Shown here piece by piece: positions 37,680 through 50,885 of a stretch of DNA of 64,000 bases. The DNA is from Mobula hypostoma. Taxonomy: Eukaryota. Under the pieces are notes generated by a model. That model saw only the letters and a list, made by a program, of their open reading frames with translations, was not told the DNA's origin and ran no database searches. The first letter of the stretch is position 1. The number at the start of each line of letters is the position of its first letter. The translations under genes and the position numbers were made by a program. Location: the NCBI RefSeq assembly GCF_963921235.1, contig NC_086097.1:180422001-180486000 (forward strand), read 5' to 3'.

Positions 37680-38103
37680 AGATGCTGGAGGAACTCATCA
37701 GGTCAGCTAGTATCTATGGAAAGGAATAAAGAATCAAGATTTCAGGCTGAGACCCTTCATCAGGACTGGAAAGAAAGGAAGATGAAGCCAGAATAAGGAA
37801 GTTGGGGGAGGGGGAGGGATATAAACTGAAAGTGATAGGTGAAGCTAGGTGAAGTGAAAGATAGATGGTGGGGTGGGGGTGAAGTGAGAAGCTGGGAGGT
37901 AATAAGTGGAAAAGGTAAAGGGCTGAAGAGGAAGGAATCTGATAGAAGAGGAGGATGGACCATGAGAGAAAGAGAAGGAGGAAGGACACCAGAGGGAGGT
38001 GATAGGCAGGTGAGGAGGAGAAGGGGCAAGAGGGGAACCAGAAGTTAGAGAAATTGATGTTTATGCCCAGACGGAATATGGGTATTGCTCCTCCAACCTG
38101 AGA
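37680..38103 (-). mobile_element. Penelope-like 3' end
   Basis: PIFRLGININFSNF end; CCAGTC-CTGATGA-AGGGTCTCAGCCT-GAAA on minus. Confidence 0.8.
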
Positions 38104-38492
38104 GTGCCCTATCCATGTACCTGTCCAACTGTCCATTAAAAGTTGTTAATGTACATGCCTCAACCACTTCCCCTTGCAGTTTATTCAATAAACACAGCAC
38201 CCACTGTGTAAAATAAGTTAACCTTCAAGTATCTATTAAACCTCTCACCTTAAACTTATGCCCTCTAGTTCATGATTGCCCAGGCTTGGAATAAATTCCA
38301 AATGCATTCATTCCATCTAACCCTCTCATTTTATACACCTTTATAAGTGAGTAAGGGATTGTGTGTGTGTGAGTGTGTGAAGGAGAGGGTGCAATTGAGT
38401 TAGCACAAGAAGTGATTGTGAGTGAAGTGGAAATCTGAGTCACACCTAAATTGTGAGCTCCGTGGTAATTGGAGCCTCACTCCGCATTGGTA

Positions 38493-38587
38493 ATAAACCT
38501 CTCACCTGAGCGTCCACGCCCTCCTTAAATTATTGGCTACCTGCTGCCGCTCCTGTGCCGAAGTTTTCTCCAATTAAGGGATGGAAT
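38493..38587. promoter_or_regulatory. Distal conserved block (E-box CACCTG, ATTGG, CArG CCAATTAAGG) upstream of actin 1
   Basis: ATAAACCTCTCACCTGAG shared with 60449, ATTGGCT at identical +39 spacing, CArG 38570..38579. Confidence 0.55.
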
Positions 38588-39021
38588 GTGGAGAAGACCA
38601 GCTGACACTGAACCTCTATCTTGCCTGGGGCTTATTCAGCATGAAGACACTGATTCACTTCTATCATGTGAGTTCAGGGAGCAAACCTCAATAATGATGA
38701 CCATAACAGTGTCAGTTTGGTGTAAAATACCCCAAAACACACACACACACACACACCACTTCAATTTATTAACATCCCTCAGGAAGGAAAGCTGCCACCC
38801 TTAACTGGTTTGAATCTTTATGTGACTCCAGTCCAACATCCAGAGAAACCCACCTTAGCCAAGGGCAATAAGAATGGCACCGATGTTGTCACGGTTCAGA
38901 ATATTAACGCCTTCTAACTCCTGAACTATTACAGAAACTTCAGTCTCTTGTGTCCATACTTTCCCAAACTGTTTTTAAAACAGCAAAAGCCTCAAAATCA
39001 GGCAAATATTCTTTAGTTGGA

Positions 39022-39749
39022 CAACACACATAAAAGTTGCTGGTGAACGCAGCAGGCCAGGCAGCATCTCTAGGAAGAGGTACAGTCGACGTTTTGGGCC
39101 GAGACCCTTCGTCAGGACTAATTGAAAGAAGAGCTAGTAAGAGATTTGAAAGTGGGAGTGGGAGTGGGAGGGGGAGATCCGAAATGATAAGAGAAGACAG
39201 GAGGGGGAGGGATGGAGCCAGGAGCTGGACAGTTGATTGGCAAAAGGGATATGAGAGGATCATGGGACAGGTGGCCCAGGGAGAAAGAAAAGGGGGGGGG
39301 AAAGCCCAGAGGATGGGCAAGGGGTATAGAGAGGGGGATCCGTTATTTATTTATATACACACATTCATTTTCTCTCTCTCCTTTTTCTCCCTCTGTCCCC
39401 CTCACTATACCCCTTGCCCATCCTCTGGGCTTTCCCCCACTCCCCCTTTTCTTTCTCCCTAGGCCTCCTGTCCCATGATCCTCTCATATCCCTTTTGCCA
39501 ATCAACTGTCCAGCTCCTGGCTCCATCCCTCCCCCTCCTGTCTTCTCCTATCATTTTGGATCTCCCCCTCCCCCTCCCACTTTCAAATCTCTTACTAGCT
39601 CTTCTTTCAGTTAGTCCTGACGAAGGGTCTCAGCCCGAGACGTCGACTGTACCTCTTCCTAGAGATGCTGCCTGGCCTGCTGCGTTCACCAGCAACTTTT
39701 ATGTGTGTTGCTTGAAATTCCAGCATCTGCAGATTTCCTCGTGTTTGCG
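39022..39749. mobile_element. Young Penelope-like insertion forming a long inverted repeat
   Basis: Arms 39022..~39337 and ~39396..39710 are near-perfect reverse complements; TSD-like TTCTTTAGTTGGA / TTCTTTGGATGGA. Confidence 0.9.
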
Positions 39750-40423
39750 TTCTTTGGATGGAATTGTGTTGAGTTTCCAGCAAGAGACAAGCCATTCAGC
39801 CCAACTCAAAATGCTAGTATTGGTCAACACACAAAGAAGATAGAGGAACAGAACAGGTCAGGCTGCATCTATGGAAGGAAATGAGTAGTTGTGCATGGAG
39901 TGAGACCCTTCATCTAGACTGGCCATCACATGAATGCTAGCATTGATGCAGGATTCTAGTTCCTGCCCTCACTGACCAGCACCCACCCCCTTCACCCCAA
40001 GGTAAATTCACTCTGTCAATACATTGAACCACAAGCATAAAACCCCCCAAACCCAAGGATCTATTGGTTTAATGAGGCATTGTGAAAAGCTTTTGAATTT
40101 CACCCATCCACTCCCCGAAATGTTTACTCTCTCCAGCCCCAGTTTGCATTAGTGTAAGAAGGGGGAAATTTAAAGGAGATCTGAGGGTAGGTTTTTCACA
40201 CAGAGGGTAGTGGTTATCTGTAACAAACTGCTAGAGGTAGGTCCAATTACAATACTTACAAGGCATTTGGACAGGTACTTAGGAAGCACATAGAGGAATA
40301 TAGGCCTAATGCAGGCAAAAGGAATTAGTGTAGAGAGCTATTATAGAATCATGGAAAAAGAAGTTGAAAGGGCCTCTTTCCTGTCGGATGGTTCTGTAAT
40401 TCAAAGTGTTACCCAGAGATCAT

Positions 40424-40971
40424 ATTCAGATTTATTTATTTATCACACGCACATCAAATCATACAATGAAATACATTATTTGTGTTACCAAACAACATAA
40501 CAAAGGATCGCCACACATTCTGGCACTAACATAGCAGGACCACACAAGCATCAACAACAGCAATATCAAAAAAAGCAAAACAAAGGCAACAGGAAAACAA
40601 GCCCCTTTCCCACACACCCATACATACAGGCCTCCAGCCCCAGGACAGGCCTCCTCCACCTCTATGACTCGAGTTCTTTAAATAAGAGTACACAACATCC
40701 TGCCTTTAACACCTGAAACAGTCAAATCTCTCAAAATCCTGAAGAATCTTGACATGGTGGATGTGGAGAGGACATTTCCTCTTGTAAGTGAATCCAAAAC
40801 CAAGCTTCACTATTTAAAAGAAAAGTCACCTGGTTAAGATAGAGATGGGACAACTTTTCTTCTCTCGGAGCCCATGTATATCTTGAGTTCTGTTCTTCAA
40901 AGTGAGGTGAGAGAAGATTCTTTGAATATTTTTAATGCAAAGGTAGGTAGATTATAGTTAAACAGGTGGAT
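40424..40971 (+). repeat. Local duplication block, copy 1 (mosaic of retroelement tail, linker and CR1 piece)
   Basis: Same junctions as 58341..59051. Confidence 0.85.
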
Positions 40972-40984
40972 CACAGAATGATGG

Positions 40985-41470
40985 AAATATAGGTGCCTCA
41001 GTTCCATCAGCACTCAAGAAGTTTGACAGCATCCAGTACAAGACAGCCCACTTGATTGGTACCCCTTCCACAAGCATCCAATCCCTCCACCATCGACAGA
41101 CAGTTGCAGTAGTGTGTACTACCTACAAGATGTACTGCAACAACACAACAAAATTCCTAAGGCAGCACCTTCCGGACCAATGACCACTACCATCTAGAAG
41201 AACGAGAGTAGCAGATACCTGGGAGCACCACCACTTGGAAATCCCCCTCCAAGTCACTCACCATCCTGACTTGGAAATATATCACCATTCCTTTATTGTC
41301 GCTGGGTCAAAATCATGAAATTCCCTCCCTAACAGTACTGTGGGTATAGCTACACCTCAGGGACTGCAGCGGTTCACGAAGGCAGCTCATCACCACCTTC
41401 TCAAAGGCAACTAGGGATGGGCAATAAATGCTGGCTTAGCTGGCAACGCCACATCCGTAAATAATTAAAT
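40985..41470 (+). mobile_element. CR1/L2-group LINE 3' end
   Basis: LKKFDSIQYKTAHLIG..., GLQRFTKAAHHHLLKGN*, tail GGATGGGCAATAAATGCTGGC. Confidence 0.75.
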
Positions 41471-42017
41471 AAAAATAAACTCAACGGATCAGGCAGCGCC
41501 TATGGAGCTTTGATGAGGGTCTTGACCCAAATCATCGACTGTCCATTTCCCTCCTAAGTTGCTACCTGATCCGTTGAGTTCCTCCAGCATTTTGTGTTGT
41601 TCCAGATTCCAGCATCTGCAGTCTCCTGTGTCTCCAGGTCGAAAAAATTTACTTGAAGAGATAGGGAAGAGCAGATCATTATATTGTACGAGACCAGATG
41701 TTTTTGTTTTCTGTGATTTCTGTCCCAGACCCACTCCTTTGCCCCATCTGCATTCTGAAGTGACCCAGTGAGCAACTCCAACCAGTTCCATGGGGAGGTT
41801 TAGTTCCACCTCCTGAGCATTGAATCTCAACCATAACTACTTGCCCACCTCCCAAGAGCAAATAGGCTCCTATGCAAACGAGTGGCAACAGGATGAATGG
41901 TGCCCACACCCTGTTTACTGTGACATTTGTTCTGATGATTCACTGTGATAGGAAGATCCCACTCACAGGCAAATTGGGACTTGCTCTGTCTCCTTAACTG
42001 ACAAGGTGTGGCACAAT

Positions 42018-42046
42018 AGCCTCTGCAGGTTAATTACCAAATAAGG
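42018..42046. promoter_or_regulatory. Conserved CArG (SRF) element CCAAATAAGG with adjacent TAATTA, upstream of actin 1
   Basis: 29 nt identical to 61662..61690; perfect CC(A/T)6GG at 42037..42046. Confidence 0.75.
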
Positions 42047-42619
42047 TAAAGTCTCTGCAGTTTGCGAGCTGGTGGAATTCAAAAGGGTTTAACTCTTGGT
42101 GTCCTGGCAGTTTTCCCTCACTCAATGAATGAATGAATTAAAAATAAAATACTTGTTTCCATAAAGTTACCAGATTGTTGTAAATTTTCCACTAGTTTAC
42201 TAATATCCTTCAAGAAAAAAAAGTCACCAAGTCAGGTAGCATCCATGGAGGGGAATAAATAGTCACCGTTTTTGACCAAGACCCTTTATCAGCGGTCCTG
42301 ACGAAGGACTCAGATATTGACTATTTATTACCCTCTATAGATGCTACCTGACCTGCAGAGTTCCTCTAGATTTTTGTATGTGTTGCTCTGGATTTCCAGC
42401 ATCTGGAGGATCAATTGTGTTGAGAGAAACATGCCATTTGGCCGATATGTGACTCCAGAGCCATCAATTTCGTTGACTGTAATTACCTCCTCAATTTCCA
42501 GCTTTGCCAGTAATGTCCACTTCCTTAGAGAATCTTTTAAGCTCATTTTTTAAAGATGTGAATATCACTAAAACAATAAAACTGATTAAATATGTGATTG
42601 AGAGGAAGACCACTGTTAC

Positions 42620-42832
42620 CTTTCATTGGTTAGCCTATTCATATGATAGAAATGTGGGTGGAGCCTCAGGTTCTTTAAAAGGAGAGAGCTAAACTGGGAG
42701 TAGGCTGTGTTGAGGACTGCATTAACAGCATCTGCAGAAGGTAAGGACAGTTTGTTCAGCTGTATTGCTGTTCTGTGAGCTTTATGTCCTTGTCTCACCA
42801 TTAATGCTGTTTTTTTTCCCTTTCTCTTTTAG
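42620..42832 (+). promoter_or_regulatory. Candidate proximal promoter, short non-coding exon 1 and 92-nt intron 1 of actin 1
   Basis: ATTGG (reverse CCAAT) 42625, GGGTGG, TATA-like TTTAAAA 42674, strong donor AAG|GTAAGG at 42741, branch-like CTCAC and acceptor at 42832; layout mirrored in paralog 2. Confidence 0.6.
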
Positions 42833-42852
42833 TCATCCCCTCCACTCTCTAA

Positions 42853-43011
<159 letters not shown>

Positions 43012-43214
43012 TAGGGTTTTCACCTGAAATGTTGATAATTCCTTCTTTCTTTGTGTACTTCTTACACACCCCCACCCTTCCCTGCAACAGATATTGTCTG
43101 ACCTGAGTTTTCCAGCAGATTGTTTGTTACCTCAGATTCCAGCATCTGCAAGCCTCAGATTTCAGTACATCTTTCCAAGCCTTAATTCCTGTAGTGTATG
43201 TGTGTATATATATC

Positions 43215-43570
43215 TCACTATATACAATACATACAACCTTGAGATTCAGTTTCTTGTGGGCATACTCAATAAATCTAATAACCATAATAGAATCAATGAA
43301 AGACCACACCCAACAGGACAGACAACCAGTGTACAAAAGGTAACAAACTGTGCAATAGAAAAAGAAAGAAAAAAAAATACTATCAAGAACAAGAGATGAA
43401 GAGTCCTTGAAAGTGAGTCCATAGGTTGTGGGAATGGGATATGTGAAGTTATACCCCCCCCCCACTGGGTTCAAGAGCTTGATAGTTGAGGGGTAATAAC
43501 TGTTTCTGAACTTGGTGGTGTGAGTCCTGAGGCTCCTGTACCTCCTTCCTGATAGCAGCAGCGAGAAGAG
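43215..43570 (-). mobile_element. Rex/Babar-like LINE 3' end in the actin 1 intron
   Basis: LFSLLLSGRRYRSLRTHTTKFRNSYYP. Confidence 0.8.
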
Positions 43571-43689
43571 ATTTAATAAGAATTCTGCTTTGGATGCAGA
43601 GGGGAATGAACTAATGGGTGGAGCTGCAGTGACTGAGTCTCTAGCATTGAATCTGGCACAGTGGTTCAGAAGGAAAGAGAGATAAAGGG

Positions 43690-45925
43690 GACTGCAGGAG
43701 TGAGAGGAGATTCCATAGTTAGAGTAATGAAGATGGGGGGGGGGGGAGGGGAAAGAAAATCTGCAGATGCTGGAAATCCAAGCACAACACACACAAAATA
43801 CTGGCGGAATGCAGCAGGCCAGGAAGCAGCTATGGGGGTGGGGGGGGGGTGTGGATAAAGGTACTGTCAACCTTTCAGGCCAAAACCTTTCAGCAGTACC
43901 ATTATGTTTCAGACAGACTCCTTTAGGAGTCCTGTCAAAGGGTTTTGGCCTGAAGCATCGACTGTACTTTTTTCTATAGGTGCTGCCTGGCCTGCTGAGT
44001 TCCTCCAGCATTTTGTGTGTTGTAATGGAGATGAGACTCTGGATGCAAAGAGACACCAGGTTAGTATGTTGCCTCAGGTGCTGGGGTCAGGGATGTCTTT
44101 GACTGGGTTCATGGCATTCTAAGGTGGGGGGAAACAGGATCAGTGTAGAATCATTGTGGGAAGAGCTAAGGAAAGACAAGGGTAAATAGACCCTGATGGG
44201 AGTTGTACACAGAGCTCCAAACAGTAGCAAAGATGTGGTCTACAAATTACAGTGGGAGATAAAAATACATGTCAAAAGGGCAATGTTTCAAGAGTCATGG
44301 GGGTTTCAATATGCAGGTAGATGGGAAAAATCAGGTTGGAGCTGGATCCCAAGAGGGGGATTTTCTAAAGTGACACAAGATGGCTTTTTAGAGCAGCTTG
44401 TGGTTGAGCCCACTAGGGGATCAGCTATTCTTGATTGGGTGTTGTGCAATGAACCAGAATTGATTAGCATGCTTTAGATAAAGGAACCCTTGGGAGGCAG
44501 TAATCATATGCTAGAATTCACCCTGCAATTTGAGAAAGAAGCTAAAGTCAGATGTATCGGTACTGTAGTAGGGTGAAGTGAATTAAAGGCATGAGGGAGG
44601 AGCTGGCCAAAATTGTTTGGAAGATAACACTAGTAGGGATGATGGCAAAGCAGCAATGGCTGGATTTCCTGGGAACAACTCGGAAGCCGTAGCACAAGTA
44701 CATCCCAAAGAAGTATTCTAAGGCAGGATAATGCAACCATGACTGATGAGATGTCAAAGCCAATATGAAAGCCAAAGAGGGCCTATAATAGAGCAAAATT
44801 AGTGGGAACTTGGAGAATTGAAAAGCTTTTTAAAAACCAACAGAAGGCAACTAAAATGTCATAAAGAAGAAAAAGATGGAATACAAATATAAGCTAGCCA
44901 GTAATATTAAAGGGGATGCCAAAAGTTCCTTCAGATGTATAAAAGAGAAACAAGAGTAGATATTTGACTGCTGGAAAATGATGCTCGAGAGGTTGTACTG
45001 GGGACTAGGAAATGGCAGATGAACTGTAAGTATTTTTCATCAGTCTTCACTGTGGAAGACACTAGCAGTATGCCAGAGGTAGCGTTGAGGAAGCAGAGGC
45101 TAAAGAAGGATTTAGACAGATTAGAAGAATGGGCAGAGAAGTAGCAGATGGAATACAGTGAGAAGTGTATGGTCATGCACTTTGATAGAAGAAATAAAAG
45201 CATAGACTATTTTCTAAATGGAGAGAAAATTCAAAAATCTGAGGTAAAAAGGGATTTCCCTAAAGGTTAATTTGCAGGTTGAGTGGTAAGGAAGACAAAT
45301 GCAATGTTAGCATTAATTTTGTGGACTAGAATATAAAAGCAAGGATGTAATTTTGAGGCTTTCTAAGGCACAGGTGAGACCTCACTTGGAGTATTGAGTG
45401 GTTTTGTGTCCCTAATCTAAGAAGGGATGTGCTAACATAGAGGGTTCAAAAGAGACTCCCAAAAATGAGATTCCAGGATTGAAGGCTTATGAGGAGTATT
45501 TGGTGGCTCTGGGTATGTATTCACTAAAAGTCAGAGAAGGGGGGGAAATCTCATTGAAAACTATTGAATGTTGAAAGGCCTCCATAGAGTGGATGTGGAA
45601 AGGATGTTCCTGTGGTGGGGGAGTCTTGAGGCCAGAGGACTCGGCCTCTGAATAGAAGGATGTCCATTTAGAATGGAGATGAGGAGGAATTTCTTTAGCT
45701 TGAGAATGGTGAATCTGTGGAATCTGTTGCCACAGGCAGCTGTGGAGGCTAAGTCATTGGCTATATTTAAGACAGAGGTTGACAGATTCTTGATTAGTCA
45801 GGACATGAAGTGATACAGGTAGAAGACAGGAGATTAGGTCTGACAGGAAAATGGGTCAGCTATAAGGAAATAGCAGAGCAGACTTGATGGGTTATATAGC
45901 CTAATTCTGCTCCTATATCTTGTGA
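43690..45925 (+). mobile_element. Multiply deleted CR1 in the actin 1 intron
   Basis: ORF1 GDSIVR...RDTRLVCCL, EN FLEQLVVEPTRGSAILDWVLCNE, RT C-terminal remnants and CR1 tail. Confidence 0.85.
43750..44021. mobile_element. Back-to-back inverted Penelope-like ends inserted in CR1 ORF1
   Basis: Minus then plus copy of the same 3' end; TSD-like GTAATGAAGATG (43724) / GTAATGGAGATG (44022). Confidence 0.8.
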
Positions 45926-46920
45926 TATAGTTGAATCCTTTTCTTGTGATTCTAGGCTCTGTGGTATGTCTTCTAGATGTGATTGGAGTGTCCTGCTTAA
46001 GGGGATCCTAAGATTTGAATAAATTTCTTGCAATGGAGGGGGGAAGAAGTGTTATTTTCCAATTTTTCCTGGCCTGTTCCATGATGGTGGCTCTGCCATA
46101 AGTGATACATCCAATGAATGTATCCTCCTTTTGGGTGGGGTTGGGGGGGTGCATTGATAAGTACAACAAAATTCATTGTGTGCCAATTTGCAACTTGTAT
46201 TGTAATCAAAGTCCCACCATGACATACTAGTGTCTTTTGACAAACTCTTTTGCTAAGTGACTATTCCAATAAATTAATGTCTGATTCAACTGGTTATTTG
46301 AACAATAGCGCTTATTTAATCCTTGATTCATCACTGCAGTATTGTGATCACTTGTAATGACTAATGTGACCAGAAGTCATTTTGCCCTAAAGTCCTGAGA
46401 ATGCTGTCAGTGTTCCTTTTTTACTTCACCTCTTTAAAAATAAGCTATTTTCCTTCTAAAATGAGGGAAGATTTTTTGATATCTAAGGGTAGTAGAAGTG
46501 AATATTGAGGATGGATTGGCTAGGAATAGGTTAAATATTACTGACTAGATTTAGCTACAAATCTGAACCATAGAATAATTGGCTGGCTCCCGTTATACAC
46601 AATGAAATGAAGAAATTCTGTGCCTTTCAATTATTCTTGGGCTATTGCCATTTTTCTACCTGTTTTTTTGCTCTACAGGTGTGCTGTTGATTCTAACTAA
46701 GCAGTTTGAAGTCAGTAAGAGGCACACTGTTTAGGCACTGCATACAAGTACAACCCAATCTGTTAGAAAAAGTGGTAAACATGGGCATGAGTGGTTGTTC
46801 CACATCAAACTCTTGGGGAAACGTGTAATCAGAACACTATCTTGTTACGTTGCTAATATTTTGCTACAGTGTTTGCAGCTTGAACTGAATTTTCTGGTTT
46901 GGTTACCTTCCAAGGGTCTT

Positions 46921-47035
46921 ACCCCAGTTGGGTCACCTGGGCAAGGGTGTATGATGTTGAAAGACCCGAAACACCTGACGACCCCAGGTAACATCAGATG
47001 ATGTGCCCTAGCTTGGCATCATGGAGATGTTCCTG
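46921..47035 (+). mobile_element. Short Hero-like 3' terminal fragment with permuted hammerhead-like fold
   Basis: GGGTCA..GGGTG-TA-TGATGTT..GACCC-GAAA-CACCT..GACCC..AACATCA-GATGA; same architecture as the Hero 3' UTR at 26005..26080. Confidence 0.55.
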
Positions 47036-47574
47036 TAAGGGGGGGGAAAAAAAGTGCAGTTGTTAATTACTGGATGACTCATCTAGTGGAGTTCCAATTC
47101 TCTGGCAAGTTGATAATTGAATTTGATAGTCTGAAATGCAAATAAATAAGATCCTTTGAGGTTGTATATTTGCTGTACTTCCTGCTCTAGAACAACAGAA
47201 TCCTACAGGCAAATAGGTTTGAACAATAGCTAATAACGGCCATCCACATCCAGAGTGAACAAGGTATGTCTCCCCGGTTGAGGAAGTTGTTTAAAAGTAC
47301 TGTGCTTTGAGTTATCAGTGTATACTCTTTGGATAATGTACTTCCCATACTTGAACCCCAATATGTGCTGTTTAAGAATGGCTTCCAATAAACTAAAAAT
47401 AACTGCAGACAAGGTCTTTCAGCCTCTTAAACCATTACTGAACTTTTCATTTTGGTGATCCTAATTGCACAGATGCAGGTGCCTCACAGGAAAAAAAATT
47501 GCCTCAATAGTTTACACAATGTTATTTGATATTCCACCTTTTCTGTATTAAATATCCAGTTGCTTCGACTCTCC

Positions 47575-47950
47575 TGATCAAGTCACGTTTATTGTTATTT
47601 CAACCATAAGCTGCTGGTACAGTACACAGTAAAAACAAAACATTCCTCCAGGACCCTGGTGCTACATGAAACAACATAAAACTACACTAAACTATGTGAG
47701 ACAGCACAAGGCTACACTAGACTACGTAAAATAACATAAACTGCACTGGACTACAGACCTGCACAGGACTACATAAAGTGCACAAAACAGTGCAGGGCAG
47801 TACAATAATTAATAACCAAGACAATAGGCACAGAGGACAAATTGCAATATAATAATAAATGATGTAGATGTCAGTCTAGACTCTGGGTATTGAATCTGAT
47901 GGCTTGGGGGAAGAAACTGTTGCACAGTCTGGTCGTGAGAGCCCAAATGC
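47575..47950 (-). mobile_element. Rex/Babar-like LINE 3' end just upstream of the actin acceptor
   Basis: RALTTRLCNSFFPQAI on minus; AATAAA and tail near 47580..47595. Confidence 0.75.
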
Positions 47951-47985
47951 ATTCAATCACCCTTTGCCCTGTTTCTCCATTCTAG

Positions 47986-48990
<1,005 letters not shown>

Positions 48991-49529
48991 TTTGTTGAAG
49001 ATTAGAACTGATTTAACCTTGACTAAATTGCATCTTTATTTGTTTTTGCAACTTGAAGTTGGGGTGGTGTGGTGGTGATTGCTCCTCATTCTTGAATTCT
49101 CCTAGTGTGGGTTCAGAACAAGCTGAGGACAGATTGCTTTGGATGTTCTGACATATTGGAGATTTTTATTCAAGTTGGAAGCCAGTGATAGTCACACTCT
49201 ATCCTTGCATAAAATTCGGTGCTCTGAAGTTTTTAAACTGACAAAAGCATTTGTGATCACTAACTCAATGTATGGAAGTAGCAAATTTTGTTGTTTTGAC
49301 CATGAAGTTCTAAATTGTCACAGGAGGATCCAAGAACTTGAAGCCAATCTCCTTATGCAGGTTCAGTGGCTGAACTTTCCATTCTGTATAATTTGGCATG
49401 GGATGCTGTACAAAATGTGTGAACTATGACAGCTGGTGATCTTGAGTGGGTTGGGGGATGAGGGAAGGGAATAAGTTCTCTTGTAAAGTAGTCAATCACA
49501 GCTTACTTGTGGTTATTCTCAAACATTTA

Positions 49530-49535
49530 ATTAAA
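49530..49535 (+). terminator. Possible polyadenylation signal (ATTAAA) of actin 1
   Basis: ATTAAA about 540 nt after the stop, followed by T/GT-rich sequence; no transcript evidence. Confidence 0.35.
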
Positions 49536-50019
49536 AAAGTTGTATTTGGACATGATCTCATCTGTCTTGTAGTTTCTCCTACACCTCAAACTTTATTTTG
49601 CAGCAGGTGTCCATTTGGCCCTTGCCTTAAGTGATTTGTTTCATCCCACTTACCCTGGTGCTGTTTCCATAACCATGGAATTTCAGTGATACCAGGCAAG
49701 GAACAGTTGCCTGACACATGATCAGTGTAGGAATTAAAGGGACCAAGGCATTTCTTAGCATGGGGGGAGGGAATGGAGGGAAGCTGGTACAAAGGGCGTT
49801 GTTATATTATAAATGGGCTCAGCAAGGATTATGGAAACACTAAAGACTGCTAATGTTGGAATCTGAAGGAATAAACAATCTATTGGAGGAACTCCGACTC
49901 ATGAGAGATCTGAGGATGAAAAGGGGAGTTGTTTTGGGTTGAAACCTTGCATCATCACTGATTATTCTGGGCTGATTGGAAATGGATCTCAAAGGGATAC
50001 AAAGCTGTAGCTCAACTAG

Positions 50020-50885
50020 TTCAAGTGAAGGTTATTGCCATTGAAGTATATGTAATATACATGTATAACCGTATAATGTATATAGAAACAGACAACATTT
50101 CTCCAAACCAGGGTGTAAAGCACAAAACATAAGGTAAGTATAAAATCTACAGATTAATCACACATAAATAACAAACTAAAGTGCATTAATATTAAATATT
50201 GTAAGGTACAGAACAGACTAACTAGTGGCACTTTGAATATGATGCAGCGGGGAGTTCAGAAGCCTAATGGCCTGGGGGAAGAAACTGTTTCATCTTGACT
50301 ATATTTGCTTTTGTGCATTGTAGTCTCTTGCCTTTTGGTAGAAAATCAAAGGGGATGATGAATGGATGGGATCTTTAAAAATACTTCTGTAAAATGCAGT
50401 TAAGATTTTGGGGGGTAGGGGTGGGTGGGCAGTGGAAAGAGCTTTGCTTGCCTCAATCTTCTTGGAAAGTGGAGGCACTACTGTGCCTTGGTCAGTGAGG
50501 TGATATTGAGGGACCAAGTGAGGTTATCTGTGATGTGAACTCCGAGGAATTTGGTGCACTTAACTTTCTGTGGAGGAGCGATGTATTCATAGAGGGGGGA
50601 TGGTTTGCCTGCATTTTCCTGAAGTCCACAATTAATTCCTCTGTCTTCTCCACATTCGGGCTTTGGTGGTTCTTCCTACACCAATCCACCAGCCACTCTA
50701 CTTCCTCTATACTCCATCTCGTAATCATTCTTGATAGACCAACCACTGTTGAGCTGGACCCTATGATAGTCATGCATCAGTCGTGTGAACAGCAGCTGGC
50801 TGTGCACACAGCCTTGGGGAGTGCCAGTGCTCAGCAGAATGGGCTGAATGTTCTGAAATCCTCAGATGTGAGGGTTGCAGATGCT
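50020..50885 (-). mobile_element. Rex/Babar-like LINE fragment
   Basis: EVEWLVDWCRKNHQSPNVEKTEELIVDFRK; NSFFPQAIRLLN. Confidence 0.75.

Noticed and set aside
43127..44056. 309-aa minus-strand ORF
   Set aside because: Chance fusion of Penelope, CR1 and Rex-like fragments inside the actin intron.
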